Source: Octopus vulgaris
Lineage: Eukaryota
Reading direction: 5' to 3'
Assembly (NCBI GenBank): GCA_951406725.2
Contig: OX597817.1
Span: forward strand, 12,710,001 to 12,774,000
DNA length: 64,000 bases
Position numbers and translations under genes: made by a program
Shown here: piece after piece, positions 63,211 to 64,000 of the stretch
Layout of the letters: the number at the start of each line of letters is the position of its first letter
Position numbering within the stretch: the stretch's first letter is position 1
Notes under the pieces: model-generated
Told to the model about the DNA's origin: nothing
Databases searched by the model: none
Seen by the model: the letters and a program-made list of their open reading frames with translations, nothing else

Positions 63211-63689
63211 TACATGCATACATATTTTCTTTTAAAACCTGTTTCGAAGTTTATTGCAAAGAAAGAGTTATTTTTCAAGAAGGGAAACTTGCAACTTTAG
63301 ATGCAAACTATTACCTATTTTAATAGTATCTAAACAGCAGGTTTATTGTCTTTACTCATTCTTTGTAATTTGAAATATTTCAAGAGATTATATTAAAAAT
63401 ATGAATCCAGATCATACAGTGCACAGACATAAACCTATATTCTGGATATAACAATCATTTATAAGATATAGTCTTCCTATTTATAATAATATATTTCAAA
63501 TAATATTGTATGTAATAAATAAAGACTGTTTACAATTATAAATATTGATCATTTATTTTTTACTTGTTTCAATCATTGGACTGTGGCCATGCTGGGGCAC
63601 CACCTTGAAACAAAAATTCCGCAATGACTGCCTTCCCACTGTCACTCCAAATACACAATTTCAGAGCCACTACCATCAATGGAAGGTAG

Positions 63690-64000
63690 GACTGGTGAGA
63701 TTATTACAATGCTGGAGTGATGTCATGTCAATATGTGTGGTGTGCAAGAAATATGATGGAGGAGAGCCTCTACTAGATTTCTCATGGGTAAGAAACTGAG
63801 CTTCAAATTCTTCTGGGTGGGCAGGAGTGATGATGTGGGTGGTGTATGCATACTTTTAATAGAAACATGGGTAGATAAAGTAATTGAGGTAGTCAGGGTA
63901 TGCAATCGAATAATTAAGCTGAGACTTATAGATAAATTAATTATTACATTTATCTCTGTCAATGCTGTACTGTCCTAGCTGGCTGATGAGCAGAAGGACC
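63690..64000 (+). pseudogene. RTE-clade LINE APE endonuclease remnant
   Basis: FKFFWVG...GGVCILLIETWVDKVIEVVRVCNRIIKLRL, like the RTE GVGILL..W...V.R.SDRII motif. Confidence 0.7.

Overview
Repeat-saturated, AT-rich eukaryotic DNA. The SINE families suggest an octopus/cephalopod genome (inference). The only host gene I can support is the 3' end of a cubilin (CUBN)-like gene on the minus strand: 8 phase-consistent GT-AG exons between 43100 and 61498, encoding four tandem CUB domains that resemble cubilin CUB24-27. Nearly everything else is mobile DNA: at least four SINE-like families (one forming head-to-tail multimers), a young 5'-truncated CR1 LINE, R4/Dong and RTE LINE remnants, two solo LTRs with 4-bp TSDs, non-autonomous Helitrons, and mariner, pogo/Tigger, hAT, Merlin and piggyBac remnants or MITEs. 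There are also Penelope-like inverted or palindromic elements carrying minimal hammerhead-ribozyme-like motifs. The most interesting observations are (i) small hammerhead-bearing fold-back insertions, one with a filled/empty site pair inside the window, (ii) an L1/Tx1-like LINE 3' end that shares its tail with the multimerising SINE and is a candidate partner LINE, and (iii) SINE multimers bounded by a single TSD. All family assignments come from motif recognition by eye; no database search was run.
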